A stretch of DNA of 63,056 nucleotides, filler included, from Hyphochytrium catenoides (GCA_900088475.1; 15 parts of 15 records of this genome joined end to end with filler, not necessarily neighbours in it); one strand, 5' to 3'. Shown: positions 37,060-50,441, counted from the whole stretch's first letter. Notes: a model not told the origin generated them from the sequence alone. Numbers and translations: made by a program.

Positions 37060-39742
37060 ACAAGGAATAGGGGAGATCCCCCTCAGCGAAGACAGGAGAA
37101 AAAACCTGCGCGTGGTAGCAGGCAGTGCGGCATCTGCCGGAAAGAGGGACATAACAGCGCAGACTGCTTCGAGCTTCCAGAGAATGCTGCGCGCAGGCCA
37201 TCAGGCTGGAAGCCTCGCTTCCACTTGGACAAGCTGCCGGCGTCCCAACTGTTCACAGCAGTAGGCCATGAGCAACTTAGTGCCTTGTTAGCTGCTCTCC
37301 TATCCTCCTCCTCTTCTTCCCGGAGGAGCTCAAACTAATCAATTGGGATTAGCCAATCAGTATGCAAAGCCTTCTGTCGACTCTGGTGAATCCCTTACCC
37401 TACTAGCTTCTATCCAGCAGGCCGCAGCGAAGGCGAAAGCCGTTCAGATCGGCCACAAATGGCTGCTAGACAGCGGATGTTCCAGTCACACCACTGGAGA
37501 TCGATCACTCTTTCTCTCTTTCACTTCTATTGACCCTCTTCCTCTCTTTACCGCTGACAACCGGCCAGTCTTTGCCGTGGGAAAGGGAAGCATACTTATC
37601 CCTGCTGCCAATAGAGCTACCGCCCCTCTCTGCCTGCCGAATGTGCTTTATGCACCAGGCTCTCCAAAGCATCTTCTCTCTGTTGGACAATACATCCAAG
37701 ACTCCTCTGGTGAAGCAGTGTTGTTTACCTCGAATGGAGCTTACACTCTCAGTCCTTCAGTGGTCAAGGACATTGCAAAGTTAACCTCACAGGAACAAGT
37801 GAGACGTATTGGTTTGACAAAGGGAACCGTCTATTACTCCTCGGACAATGACGATGCACGGGGACAAAGTGACCCTTCTATTCCAAGACTAGCCGCAGCT
37901 GGCTGCTAGACAGCGGATGCTCCAGTCACACCACTGGAGATCGATCACTCTTTCTCTCTTTCACTTCTATTGACCCTCTTCCTCTCTTTACCGCTGACAA
38001 CCGGCCAGTCTTTGCCGTGGGAAAGGGAAGCATACTTATCCCTGCTGCCAATAGAGCTACCGCCCCTCTCTGCCTGCCGAATGTGCTTTATGCACCAGGC
38101 TTTCCAAAGCATCTTCTCTCTATTGGACAATACATCCAAGACTCCTCTGGTGAAGCAGTATTGTTTACCTCGAATGGAGCTTACACTCTCAGTCCTTCAG
38201 TGGTCAAGAACATTGCAAAGTTAACCTCACAGGAACAAGTGAGACGTATTGGTTTGACAACGGGAACCGTCTATTACTCCTCGGACAATGACGATGCACG
38301 GGGACAAAGTGACCCTTCTTCTCCAAGACTAGCCGCAGCTACGAGCAAGCAAGAGCCTATCACCCTGTGGCACAAACGCCTTAATCATCTTAGCCACACA
38401 GATGTTCACAGACTAGCCCTGCAGGCTTCCGGTATAGCTCTTGATAGAGCTTCTCAGCAGCTCTGTCTTTGTGAGACCTGCATTCTCGCGAAGCTAACTC
38501 GTAAGCCTTACCACGCTCAGCCCCGTAAGACAGCAAGACTGCTGGAACTTCTGCACGCCGACGTTGGCATTGTCAATACTCGTAGCTTTCAAGGCTATGT
38601 ACATTTTCTGCTCGTGGTGGATGATCACTCTCGGAGGTGCTTTGTGCGATTTCTTCGGAGCAAAAGGAGAAGCAGAAGCTAGGTTGGAGGAACTCATTCT
38701 TTTCATGGAGAACCAGACGGGTGAGCGCGTGAAGGAGATACGCTCCGATCGCGGGGGAGAGTTCGTTAACAGTGCTGCACACAAAGTGTGCTCCCGCCGC
38801 GGCATCCTGCACTCTCCGTCACCTGCTTATTCCCCCTCTAGCAACGGCTGTTGTAAACGCTGGATGAGAACTGTCATGCAGGCGACGAGATGCCTTCTGA
38901 TTGCTACTGACCTACCTCGTTTTTTTTGGGCAGATGCATTGGTCTCCGCAGTTCATGGGATCAATCGCTGTCCTACTGCTTCACTCGATGGCTCTACCCC
39001 CTACGAATAAGTGGTATGGCAAGCCGCCTGATGTTGGTCATCTACGCGTCTTTGGTTCACTTGCGTATGCTTTAAAGCCGTCGACGATGCTGCGAAAGCT
39101 TGATGCGCGGAGCTCTCGGTATATCTTTGTAGGGTATGACTCTGGCACCCATGGCTATCGACTGTATGATCCTCTGACCAAGAGAATCTCTGTGCGGCGT
39201 GATGTGGTTATCGACGAGTCTCGCTCCGGGGCCTTTCTACTCAAACAGGCAAAAAGGCAGCAAAATTATGACTATGCCTCTCCTAGCTTCGTCTGAGGGG
39301 TAGAGAGTGAGAGAGAGCGTCAATTAGGTGAGTTTATTCGACCCTCACCAATGATGATCCAGAGAAGCTAGGTATGAGGGGGAGTGTTGAGTGCTACAAT
39401 GTTCGTTGTTGTCAGTAGTACAGTAGTCACTCTCTATACCCACCTAGCTCTCAGGGACATAGACGTTACGGGTACACCTTTGTTATGGGAAAGAGGGATG
39501 TGAGAAGAATTTCCAGAAGAACACAGGAGCAGCACAGGAGAGAGAGATGATGAGGGAAGCTGGGCCGAGCAAAAGACCTCGAGCAAAAGATCTCGAGTCC
39601 AGACCAGGCTCTCAGGACTGAGTGCATTCAGAGAAATCTCCATTACCCATCAATACCAAGTCCCTTTGTTATCGATTTCATCTATATTGTGCTCATACAG
39701 AAGCTTCAGGCATTGCCACCCAGCTCTGTAAAGTTCATCAAC
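37060..39742 (+). mobile_element. Defective Ty1/Copia element: gag zinc knuckle, protease, integrase, PPT and LTR (family B); no RT/RNase H
   Basis: CGICRKEGHNSADC (about 37126); WLLDSGCSSH; LWHKRLNH...CETC; LELLHADV; IRSDRGGEF; HLRVFGS...KLDARS...FVGY...GYRLYDP. Stop at 39296, PPT GAGGGGGAG at 39376-39384, LTR starts TGTTGA at 39385. Frameshifts and stops near 37900, 38670 and 39008. Confidence 0.9.
37460..38339 (+). repeat. 440-bp tandem duplication of the Copia protease region
   Basis: 37460-37899 is repeated at 37900-38339 with only scattered substitutions; both begin TGGCTGCTAGACAGCGGATG. Confidence 0.92.
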
Positions 39743-40748
39743 CTGCGCGTGGTAGCAGGCAGTGCGGCATCTGCCGGAAAAAGAGACATAACAGCGCAGA
39801 CTGTTTTGAGCTTCCGGAGAACGCTGCTCGCAGGCCAACTGGCTGAAAGTCTCGCGTCCACTTGGACAAATTGCCGTTGGTACAGGAGCCCAGCACCAAA
39901 AGCAATGCTCAGCAACTTAGTGCTCTCATAGCTGCTCTCCTATCCTCCACTTGTTCTTCACCAGAAGCTCTATCATCAGTTGACACTAATGAATTGGGAT
40001 AAGCCAATCAGTATACAAAGCCTTCTGTCGACTCTGGTGAATCCCTTATTCTAGCTTCTATCCAGCAGGCTGCAGCGAAGGCGAAAGCCGTCCAGAGTAG
40101 CCACAAATGGCTGCTAGACAGCGGATGCTCCAGTCACATTACTGGAGATCGATCACTCCTCTTACTCTCTTTCACTTCTATTGACCCTCTTCCTCTCTTT
40201 ACCGCTGACAACCGGGCAGTTTTTGCCGTGGGAAAGGGAAGCATACTTATCCCTGCTGCCAATAGAGCTACAAGTCCTCTCTACCTGCCGAATGTGCTTT
40301 ATGCGTCAGGCTTTCCAAAGCATCTTCTCTCTATTGGACAATACCTCCCAGACTCCTCTGGTGAAGCAGTGTTGTTTACCTCGAATGGAGCTTACACTCT
40401 CAGTCCTTCAGTGGTCAAGAACATTGCAAAGTTAACCTCACAAGAACAAGTGAGACGTATTGGTTTAACCGATGGAACCGCTTATTACTCCTCGGACACC
40501 GACCATGCACGGGGACAAAGTGACTCTTCTTCTCCAAGACTAGCCGCAGCTACGAGCAAGCAAGAGCCTATCACCCTGTGGCACAAACGCCTTAATCATC
40601 TTAGCCACACAGATATTCACAGACTAGCCCTGCAGGCTTCCGGTATAGCTCTTGATAGAGCTTCTCAGCAGCTCTGTCTTTGTGAGACCCGCATTCTTGC
40701 GAAGCTAACTCGTAAGCCTTACCACGCTCAGCCCCGTAAGACAGCAAG
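39743..40748 (+). mobile_element. Second, diverged copy of the Copia zinc knuckle-protease-integrase N-terminus (truncated by contig end)
   Basis: CGICRKKRHNSADC, WLLDSGCSSH, LWHKRLNH; colinear with 37105-37460 and 37900-38530. Confidence 0.9.
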
Positions 40749-40848
40749 NNNNNNNNNNNNNNNNNNNNNNNNNNNNNNNNNNNNNNNNNNNNTTAATTAA
40801 TTAANNNNNNNNNNNNNNNNNNNNNNNNNNNNNNNNNNNNNNNNNNNN

Positions 40849-42100
40849 CCTAATTGTCTTACGTGCCTCAACAACTCTACAGCAATATCGCAAATCCTTT
40901 ACTCCGTCAGCAGCTGTGCTCCACCACAGTGTAAAGGCCCAACTCCATGGCCTGTAATAAGGAAGGCCTAGATGTAATGAAGATCGACACCCAGTTTATT
41001 TCGCCACCACATGCCCGTGCTCCAGAAGCGTCACCATCCATCTGGCACATTCCTCTTCGTGAACGACCCCTTGTAGATTCAGCTGGCCCAGTCGACATTT
41101 AGAAAGTTCATTGTCCAAACATCAGAAAAAAGCCTACTACCACGAACATCGCTTGGGCTACTCAAAGCAATAGCACTGTCCAGAAGAGCATACCGGCCGG
41201 CACCAAGCCCCCCATCAGTAGGCTGGCCTTCGGGAAAATGTAAGGATGAAGGGGAGAAATGACAAAAGGTGATGGTAGTGAGGCGAAAGGTCTAGAACTA
41301 CTGTTCTCCCAGCTTACTTCACTAAGACTAAAACAAGAAGGAGATCAAAATGGGACCAACCTAAAGTTCTCTGTCCCCTAACTGCGTCTACGGTGGTGCT
41401 TCCTTAGCAAATGCTACTGCTGATTGAGCGGCGCTGGGGGAGTGACGCTCAAGGAGGGACAGCCACATACCTTCAATCGTCACAATCTGCCTTAAGGTAC
41501 ACCATTAGTGCAATTGGTTACTCCTTTCCCGATCTTCATCATCTTAGATCTTGATTAGCAGACGGGTCTCGTCGTCGTCGCTCGCTAATAATTCTTGAAA
41601 GCAAAGAGGAGATACCTAGATGACTGGATGGTGTTAAATCATTATGGTGCATTAACTCAAGGTATTCGTTGCACCCAACAATAAAACAATCTACTACTAA
41701 TATGAACCGACTCGACTTAAGTGCAACGACTGCTAGCGCCTCCCAAAAGCACATTTTCGTGCAAGGTGGCACAACTTTTCTCGGGACGCAGACTCCACCA
41801 CTCTTAATGCTTTCTAAGCTTCTTCATCACCCCTGTTCTAGATCGATGCATCCACGAAAGCACCAGCAGCGGGAAGGAATATTGATAGATTATTGCCAGA
41901 TAAAAAAAGGAGCTAAACCACCGGACACCTGAAACGTGCCGCAAGGTCAGTGTTGTTTCTCTTCATCCTTCGTCCCTGTTTTCTCTTGCACATCGCCCCA
42001 CCAGCTCCATATCTATCCTCTTTAAACCTCCCTATAATGGTGGACGCGGTAGCGGTCGACCTCAAACTCTAGAGGACCGAGCCCCAAAGGTACACTATGC
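40849..42100 (-). pseudogene. Possible degraded Gypsy-like protease/RT relic
   Basis: Minus strand near 41095-41000 gives DWAS*IY...K.NVPDGW*RF, resembling RT 'WASP...KKDG..RFC'; many stops. Confidence 0.3.
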
Positions 42101-42104
42101 TAAT

Positions 42105-42427
42105 TGTTGAATGTGTATGCGATGATTGGACAATGTCATTAGATGAGAGTGCTCTCTTATAAGCCCAGCTGGGGTCCCACAATCTAGAGCTGATCTGACT
42201 ATGCCAACTATTCCTAATAAACCCTAGGATATGGAGTTATAGAGATATCCCTGTCTAGAATAGTCAGTCCTGAAGGTATTCCGGGGTACTGACCATAAGC
42301 CATAGATATAAACTGGGACATTTCGTTTGCTTCATATATCGGCTTCTAGTGGGAGTTTGGAGCTGAAACTTGGGTAGTCAAGCTTGCCAGCTTGTAGGCC
42401 ACATAGCTGTGCCCTCAGACTCCAACA
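42105..42427 (-). mobile_element. Solo LTR (family A, 323 bp)
   Basis: TG at 42105, CA at 42426-42427, flanks CTAAT and CTAAA (5-bp TSD with one mismatch); homologous to 36683-37008; no adjacent PBS or PPT. Confidence 0.85.
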
Positions 42428-42587
42428 CTAAAATTTATCCCGAACGAACGTACAAGACTTTTCTCCACTATATTCATACCCCCCAATATCAAAACCGAAG
42501 TGCTCGCCATCAATTCTCCGAAATCTAACATGCTGTACGTTCCGAGCGATATAGAGCCTACAGAATTCTTCCCTAGAATCCGGGAAA

Positions 42588-42808
42588 GTGTTTGATGAAG
42601 TTTACAGAGCTGGATGGCAATGCCTGAAGCTTCTGTATGAGCACAATCTTGATGAAACGATAGCAAAGGGACTGGGTGTTGATATATTATTGAGATTTTC
42701 TCTGAATGACTGAGTCATGAGTCTCTCTGGTCTGCTCTCAAGGTCTTTAGCTCGGCCCAGGTTGATGAACTTTACAGAGCTGGGTGGCAATGCCTGAAGC
42801 TTCTGTAT
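42588..42808 (-). mobile_element. LTR family B fragments, tandemly repeated
   Basis: Reverse complement of 39560-39742 (...ATACAGAAGCTTCAGGCATTGCCA.CCAGCTCTGTAAA.TTCATCAA). The terminal segment occurs twice, about 170 bp apart. Confidence 0.8.
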
Positions 42809-44007
42809 NNNNNNNNNNNNNNNNNNNNNNNNNNNNNNNNNNNNNNNNNNNNTTAATTAATTAANNNNNNNNNNNNNNNNNNNNNNNNNNNNNNNNNNNN
42901 NNNNNNNNCTCTCTCTCTCTCTCTTTTTATCTCTCCCTCTCTCCCTTTCTCTCTCCCTCTCTCTCTCCCCCCCTCTCTCTCTCCCTCTCTCCCTCTCCCC
43001 CTCTCTCTCGCTCGCTCGCTACCGCGTGTAGTTCTACTGGTTCGAGAGTTCAAGTACAAGTAGACTCTAAGTCACTTTTCACATTTGCCATGGACTTGAC
43101 AAGTGCAAGTACCAGTGGTTTCCCACATTAACAAGACCTCTGAGGTGCAAGTATTCTGGTGAGAGAGGACGAGATCTACAGCTTCTAGAGTAGTGGGGTT
43201 TATAACATTGGAATTAGTACTTGAGGTACTTATAAGTAAAGTAAGTTATTTACATAAGTTGAGAAACACTTGCCAATTGCTTGTTCCTGCTGCCAGGAGG
43301 CTCCAGCACGTTCTATCTCCGTTGCCTCCCGCGTTCCGAAGCTCCGAGTTCTAGATGTGCTTCCAGGCTGATTCCTCCTGAGTGGCTTGTGATGATGAGA
43401 CCAGAAGCCGCAAGTTCCTTAAGGTTGGTGGCCTGTGATCTTACTTTTCAGGTGAATCCAAGTCATAGAACTACTTCTCTCTGTAGCTGATGTACTGTAC
43501 CACCGCTCTTCCTCCTTCACCAGCCGCTCTTGGCTCTTCTGCCTCGACTCCTATTGTAGAGGAATCACTCACTCCAGCCCTTGGAGAGAGAGAGAGGTGA
43601 GCTGAGGAGCGTGACGGAGAGAGAAAGGAGAGGGAAGAAGCTGATGAGACAAGCGGAAGAAGATGAATAAGAAGAAAAAGAATCACCGGTAGACTCCCGC
43701 ACCACCTCGCCATGCAGATGTCAAATAGATAGGCAACAGTGGTCTTCGATTCAGATAACAATTGTGTTATAGTATCATATTCTAAATACTAGCGCAATAT
43801 TCATCTTCACTACCGTTTTGCCCTTAGTACCGTAGACGTGCTATTCGGGCGGTTAATGTTTAGGTTCAAGGGTTGATAAGTCGCCCATTAACTCTCTTGA
43901 GCGGCGCATCTCGAGGAGAAAGGGTCCGAAGGTAGACGTGGCGAAGGAGAAGAGCAGATGACGACAGAACCACCAGGAGAAAACAGTTCTTTCCTGATCT
44001 ATATTGG

Positions 44008-44059
<52 letters not shown>

Positions 44060-44468
44060 ACACTCACACACACAACCTATCTATCGATCTGCCTATCGAT
44101 CTATCTATGTCTTTCTCCCTTTTACTTTTCTCTCTGCCTCTATCTTTCTCTCTACTCTCTTTCTCATTCTACCTTTTTCCTGTCTTCTCTCGCTCGCTCT
44201 CCATCTCTCTTTTCCGCTGGCGTTCTTCTTATTCGCATGGCTTTCAGCGAAAGAGAGAGAAGGGACGAAGAAAGAGAGAAAAACAGATATTAACCCCTCT
44301 AGAGAGAGAGAGAGAGATAGAGAGAGAGACGAGGAGGGGAGGAAGACGAGAGAGAGGAAGACAAACAGATCAAGAGAATGCGAGTGAGAAAGTCGCCACT
44401 TTGAACAGGAAGAGAGGTTCCTTGTTGGCTGTGAAGCACGACTAGCACACTAATGGAAGGACCTGTGC

Positions 44469-44499
<31 letters not shown>

Positions 44500-44675
44500 G
44501 TTTCTCTCTTTCTCTTTCCCTTCTCCCTTGCCTATATCCTCCATAACGCTTGCCTTAGAATATCCTCCTTCGCTCATCGAATCCTTTGGGCGCGTCTTTC
44601 TGTCACGTTTTCACTATCGAAAGAACCATCGCCGCAGGAGATGAAGTGGCATAACTTCAAGCTAGAATCAAACCT

Positions 44676-44725
<50 letters not shown>

Positions 44726-45681
44726 TGAAGTGTGACAGCGGAAGAAGTGGTGGAGTGTGTGTGTGTGGGAGAGAGACGGAGAGAGAAGACAAAAGAGAGA
44801 GAGAGAGAGAAAGAATTGGACAGGAGATAGACGTGTCTAGACAAGAAGAGACAAGTGAGGAAATGAGTGGAGCAACGGGCGGTCCTCCGCCTGGAACTTT
44901 GTACTCTTGTTAGAAGACCCGCCGTCCTCGTCGCCCTGATGGTCTTCTAGAACAAAGCCTAGACCTTTCCTTATATAGGACTAAAGGCCCACTCTCCTCT
45001 CTCCACGTTCTCTCTCTCTCTCCCCTTCTCTCTCTCTCTCTCTCNNNNNNNNNNNNNNNNNNNNNNNNNNNNNNNNNNNNNNNNNNNNTTAATTAATTAA
45101 NNNNNNNNNNNNNNNNNNNNNNNNNNNNNNNNNNNNNNNNNNNNTTACTCTTGGTTGTCTCTCTCTCTCTATGTCAACTCTCTCTTCTTTAAACTCTGTC
45201 TTGTGGTCCGTCTCTATGCTGAACCAAGCTCCACCCGGGAGAGAGAGAGAGAGAGTGAACGAGAGAGAGAGAAGAGCGTGGCTGAGAAGCCTTGAGAAAA
45301 GAGGAAAACGGAAGAGGGAGAAGCGCGCTGGGAGGAGAGCAAGATGGAGAGAAAGAAAGAGAGAGAGACTGAGAGAGAGAGAGAGACTGAGAGAGAGAGA
45401 GAGGTGTTTCTACTGAGGATCTTTGAAGAAAGAGTCCACAGCTTGTGGAGCAAGTGTTAGCGGTCTCGAGACTACTGAGTGAAAGGTTGACAGATCCAGG
45501 GAAGGACGGGACAATTACTGATCGATCAGAAGAGAAGCAGGGAGCCAGCAGCCTGCAGTCAAGAGAGAGAGAGGGCCAGAGAGAGAGAGAAAGAAGAGAG
45601 TGAGAGAGGGAGAGAGAGAGAGGAAACGAGAAATTGAGGGGGAGAGATAAGAGAGAGAGAGATATGAGAGAGACAGGAAAA

Positions 45682-45736
<55 letters not shown>

Positions 45737-46804
45737 AGTGAGAGAGAGAGAGAGAGCAAGAGAGCAAGAGAGAGACAGAGAGAGAGAGAGAGAGAGGAAG
45801 TAAGCAGCCTCCAGCTCTGCTTACAAGTTCAAAATAGTAGCCGCTAACGACTATTTCAAGTGGGTGGGGATTGTCGTGTTTGTCAACCTTATATAAGGCT
45901 TGGTTATTGTGAGGTGGGTGGGCGTGAAGTGCTGAACCAGGCCAAGAAAGTGTGTGTATTCGCATCCAGGTTCTTGCTTCCTGCTCTTCCCTCCCATTTC
46001 TCTCTCCCCACCTCCCTTTTTCTCTCTCTCTCTCTCTCNNNNNNNNNNNNNNNNNNNNNNNNNNNNNNNNNNCTCTCTCTCCCCACCTCTCTCTCTCTCT
46101 CTCTGTCCCTCTTTCTCATCCTAGAACTCTTAGGTCCTCCTTGTCATATTTCAATCAGACTCAGACGAAGAGGAGCAGCTCTCTCTACAATCCTCCTCAG
46201 TTCTGACCGTCGCCGACGCGTCAGGAGGATGAGAACGAGAAGAGAAAGGAGTGACGACGGCGCAGATGGGGTAACGGAGACACACGATCCTTAGACAGAG
46301 GAGAGAGAGAGAGGAAAGAGAGGGAGAGAAACTAAGGTGGCCGGGGTGATGCTGGTCCGTGCGGCCCGCTCCAACTATGCCCGTGGCCTCTCCTTTGAGC
46401 AGGACGTGGTGGAGGCGCTTCTCCCCTTGCGCTTCCAACTGAAGCGCGTCGGTGGTCCAGGGGACAAAGGGATAGATCTGAGGGTGGGTGAGGGCCTTCT
46501 TCACTCTTGAGGCTATCCTTCCTCTCTCTCTTTCTCTCTCTCTTTGTGTCCTCTCCTCTCTCTCCCCTTACTTTCCTCTCTCTCCCTCTTTCCTCTTCTC
46601 TATTTTTCTGCAGCCTCGGTTCTTTTCCTTCTCATCTCTGCCCCTTCTTACCAGCTGACCTCCTCTTTTCTGATGTATCCTTTTCTCTCTCTCTCTCTCT
46701 CTCTNNNNNNNNNNNNNNNNNNNNNNNNNNNNNNNNNNNNNNNNNNNNTTAATTAATTAANNNNNNNNNNNNNNNNNNNNNNNNNNNNNNNNNNNNNNNN
46801 NNNN

Positions 46805-47238
46805 TCCTCTATCTCCACATCTAGCTCATTATCGCTCAACTGGAACTTCTTGATCTCATCCGTGACTCCACCGTCCGATCCTCTCCTGTCTCTCTCTCCT
46901 CCTTCGGCAGTCCAAGCACCGCGGCTACTTCGACGTCTCTCTTCATGGAACATGAAAGCGAGGACCGGTGGAGATAGAAAGGAGTTAGTTGAGAGAGAGA
47001 AGGAAGGAAGCAAGAGAAGAATGAAAGCAGAGACAGGGATAGAGGAATGAAAGAGAGGATCGGTCATGAAAGACAAAAGGAGAGAGGGAAAGAGACGGGA
47101 TATAATGCGGGAGAGAGAGAGACGGAGACACGCAGAGAGAGAGAATAAGAGAGAAGCTTCACCTCGGCGCTCTCGGCGTTCCGCTCTGGATCGGCCGGCG
47201 GCCGGAGCGGAAGTGGAATCGGCCTCAGCGTCACTCAT
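46805..47238 (-). CDS. 5' exons of a hypothetical protein
   Basis: ATG at 47238 (MSDAEADSTSAPAAGRSRAERRERR), GT donor, CT-rich intron, then ...DGGVTDEIKKFQLSDNELDVEIE to the contig end. No family recognised. Confidence 0.35.
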
Positions 47239-47540
47239 GGCTCCGTTTGCACTGAGTAAAGCTCTCTCTCTCTCTCTCTACCTTGCGCTGCCTCCTACGT
47301 ACCAGACACAGCTGCCCAGCGGGTAAGAAAAGCAGCAGTTCCGTGACTGAGAGGAGAGAGAAAGAGAAGGTTGAGGTCGTCTGGGCTTATAGTGTGATCC
47401 TTTCCCTATAGACAGCAGATCACAGGGGCTTCGACGCGCCTTTGAACAGCTCCCTCACGGTTACCTGCTGCTCCGCCTGTGCGTGATAGACGCCTGCACG
47501 TTTCTTCTTGCTGCTCCTGTTTGGCGCTCATCCGCTCACA

Positions 47541-47582
<42 letters not shown>

Positions 47583-47637
47583 TTCTCTTTCTCTTTCTCT
47601 TTCTCTTCTCTCTCTCTCTTCTCTTTCTCTCTGTCTC

Positions 47638-47668
<31 letters not shown>

Positions 47669-49216
47669 CTCCGTCTCTCTCTCTCTCTCTGTGTCTCTCT
47701 CTCTCTCTGTCTCTGTCTNNNNNNNNNNNNNNNNNNNNNNNNNNNNNNNNNNNNNNNNNNNNNNNNNCTCTCTCTTCTACACCCTGCCCATTTCTTTTTA
47801 CCTGTCTTCCTCCCTTTTTCTCTTTGTGCTCCAGGTCTGGAGATCTCAGCTCACCATCGCCACGTATTTCGAATCTTACTATGCATCACCCGCCTGTAAT
47901 CCACATAGTATTCCTTATATTCATGATCCGCAATCCAGTAACGCCCCCAGACTGATTGGATTGATGCAAAGGCTTGGCTCTCCGTTACCGGCTACCGGCC
48001 GGTCTGCCAATAGCAGGATCTCTGTCTGGATCTCCAGATGATGGCGCCGCAGCAGAGATTATCGTCTGCAGATCTTTCCTCAGCAGTGAGTGAGAGTGAA
48101 GACTGCAGCAGATCGAGAAAGCCCCGTGGAGTCTCAACAGTGTGGACCCTGTCGCCAATCGGTCCGGTCCGGGCGTAGAAGAGCGATGTCCGCATCATGG
48201 TGGAAGGCCACAGGCCGTATAGGGGGGGGGTTCTTATGATCTAAAGTAAAGAACAACTCCACCTCTACCTGACAGTACTTCGAGGCATTTATTTTATCTG
48301 TCATAAGCAAAGCAACACCGCATCTTTTTCTGCTCTGCAAACCTCACAGTTCGGTCAATTGCTATTGTGTCTAATAGCCCTCTCCACTATTAGGGTTCTC
48401 TCCTTAGCTAGCCAGACTACTCCTACTTTCGTCGGTCCTCCGCCTCCACCAAACCCCGTGGCAGGAGAGAAGAGCGGCACAGTGGGAGAGAGCAAGTAGC
48501 GCTGTTCTGTCTATTACCTTTTAAATTTTATATATTTAGAAGAGCAAGAAAATTATTGAGGTCAGAAACACTATTGCCCCTTCTTACTGATGCCTGAGAG
48601 CTGAAAGGAATCTGGAGTTCCCTGTCTACGCCTTACAGACGCAGGCCGCGCTTGGGCATCGTGAAGCTCTTGAACCCACAGTCCACCTCATTGGACCAGG
48701 GACACTTTCCGTCGCTGCCATANNNNNNNNNNNNNNNNNNNNNNNNNNNNNNNNNNNNNNNNNNNNTTAATTAATTAANNNNNNNNNNNNNNNNNNNNNN
48801 NNNNNNNNNNNNNNNNNNNNNNTCTCTCTCTCTCTCTCCTCTCTCAGTGGAATCACCTCTCGCTTAGCAAAGCACTTTGACCGAATACTAATCTTGTCCT
48901 CTCTCTCCTGCTCCTACGTCAGTCTCTCTCTTATATCAAAGATTGAGCGAAAGGCATTCCGCTGGACTCTTTACTTATTTCTGCCCTCACAATCTTTCTT
49001 TCACTCTGCTTCCCTTCTTCTTTCTCTCATCTCCCCGTCTCTGTCTGTGTCTCCCTATCTCTTTCTTTCTCTTTTCTCTCACTCGTTGCTCTCCTTTCAA
49101 ATGTGCTAAGTATGCACCCATGTAGCAAGCAAACTCTCTCTGATTGACAGTGATCTCTCCGCCTTCGTCACTCTCGCACCTCCTCCCCCTCTCTCTCTCT
49201 CTTCCTTTATTTTATC

Positions 49217-50441
49217 ATGGAGGAAACAGAAATGGAGCTCTTGTCTTCTCTCTCTTTCTCTCGGTCTGACACTATCGACCAAGAAGCTCTCGCAAGAGAG
49301 AGAAGGCTGGCGGATGTTAGGCTTGCGACCTCAACGCTCACCTCTCAGCTTGACAGCAGACAGACTTCAGACCTTAAGCCTTTCAAGCAGCCGCCGAAAG
49401 TCGTTGTAAGACACTTGGTTTCTTCTCTCTGTCTCTCTTCTCCTCTTCTCTCCCTCTCTCCTTCTCTTCTAGCTAACTTCTGTTTCTTGCCCTTTCGCGT
49501 GCTTCCTTCTTTCTCTCTCTGTCTCTCTCGCTCTTCCTATCTTCAAGTGTCTTTGGCAGAACTGGCTCTTCTCGAAGATCTAGTTCGTATACTCTCTCTT
49601 GCTCTGACTGGTTAAGGTTGTGCCTTGCGCTACGTCTATTGCTTGTAGTTCTCTCTTCCTGAAAGGCAGGATCTCTACCCGGCCGCTAAGTTTTCTTGAC
49701 ACTGTCTCTCTCTTTCTTTTTCTCCGTTTCTTTTCCCTTGTAGAGAGCATCTCTCCTTAAGACGGCCACTGACCATCTCGCCGGTAACGTTTTCATGGTT
49801 GAAAGGCTAGCTTTCCCGATCTCTATCGTCTCCTTGCTCTGAATCTCTCATCCCTCTTTATCTCGCAGGGTTACTCTCTCTCTCTCGCTGTCCCATTTTA
49901 TAAATCTGACTCTTTTCCTTTGCCTCAAGCTCTGGCATATTCTCTCTCTCTCTCCCTCTTGCTGTTTTCCCGCTGTCTTCCTCGTTATCTTTTCCATTGA
50001 CGATCCAGCGCTCTTTAGATCTTTTCGTGCTTCTTTTCTGTTTGCTAGGGCTTCTCCCATCAACATTTCTCTCTCTCTCTCTCTCTCTCGCTCTCGCACT
50101 CACTCTTTCCTTCTCTCTCTCTCTCATTGTTGTGTCTCTCTCCCATTCCCTCGTTGTATCAAGAACTAGAGAACTTCGAGCAAGCTTTCTCTCTCTCCGA
50201 TGTTCTCTCCTCCCCAGCACCCGTCTCTCAAGGAGTTTCGAACTCTAACAAAGAGAAAGGGGAGGCGAAGAGAGAGAAAGAGAGAGAGACAGGCAGCGAT
50301 GAACAAGGGAAAAGCGAGACAGAGGCACTGATGCGCCTTGTGATTGCAAACAAAATGCAAGCACAAATTTTGAAAGCAGCACAGCGAGAAGTCGTTCGGC
50401 CTGACTTGCAGAAGTTCTATTCCTCCTTAGACAAGATGCAG
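49217..50441 (+). CDS. Fragments of a multi-exon hypothetical helical protein
   Basis: Coding-like segments (IDQEALARERRLADVRL...; ELENFEQAF...ALMRLVIANKMQAQILKAAQREVVRPDLQKFY) between CT-rich introns. I could not resolve all exon phases. Confidence 0.35.

Noticed and set aside
43020-43280. Clustered CAAGT/ACTTG motifs suggesting a MITE or subterminal repeats
   Set aside because: No convincing TIR pair or TSD found.
45145-46704. Possible exons among GA tracts (also 47830-48340, 56918-58329 and 59760-60260)
   Set aside because: Coding-like fragments with splice-like ends, but no consistent frame or recognisable family.
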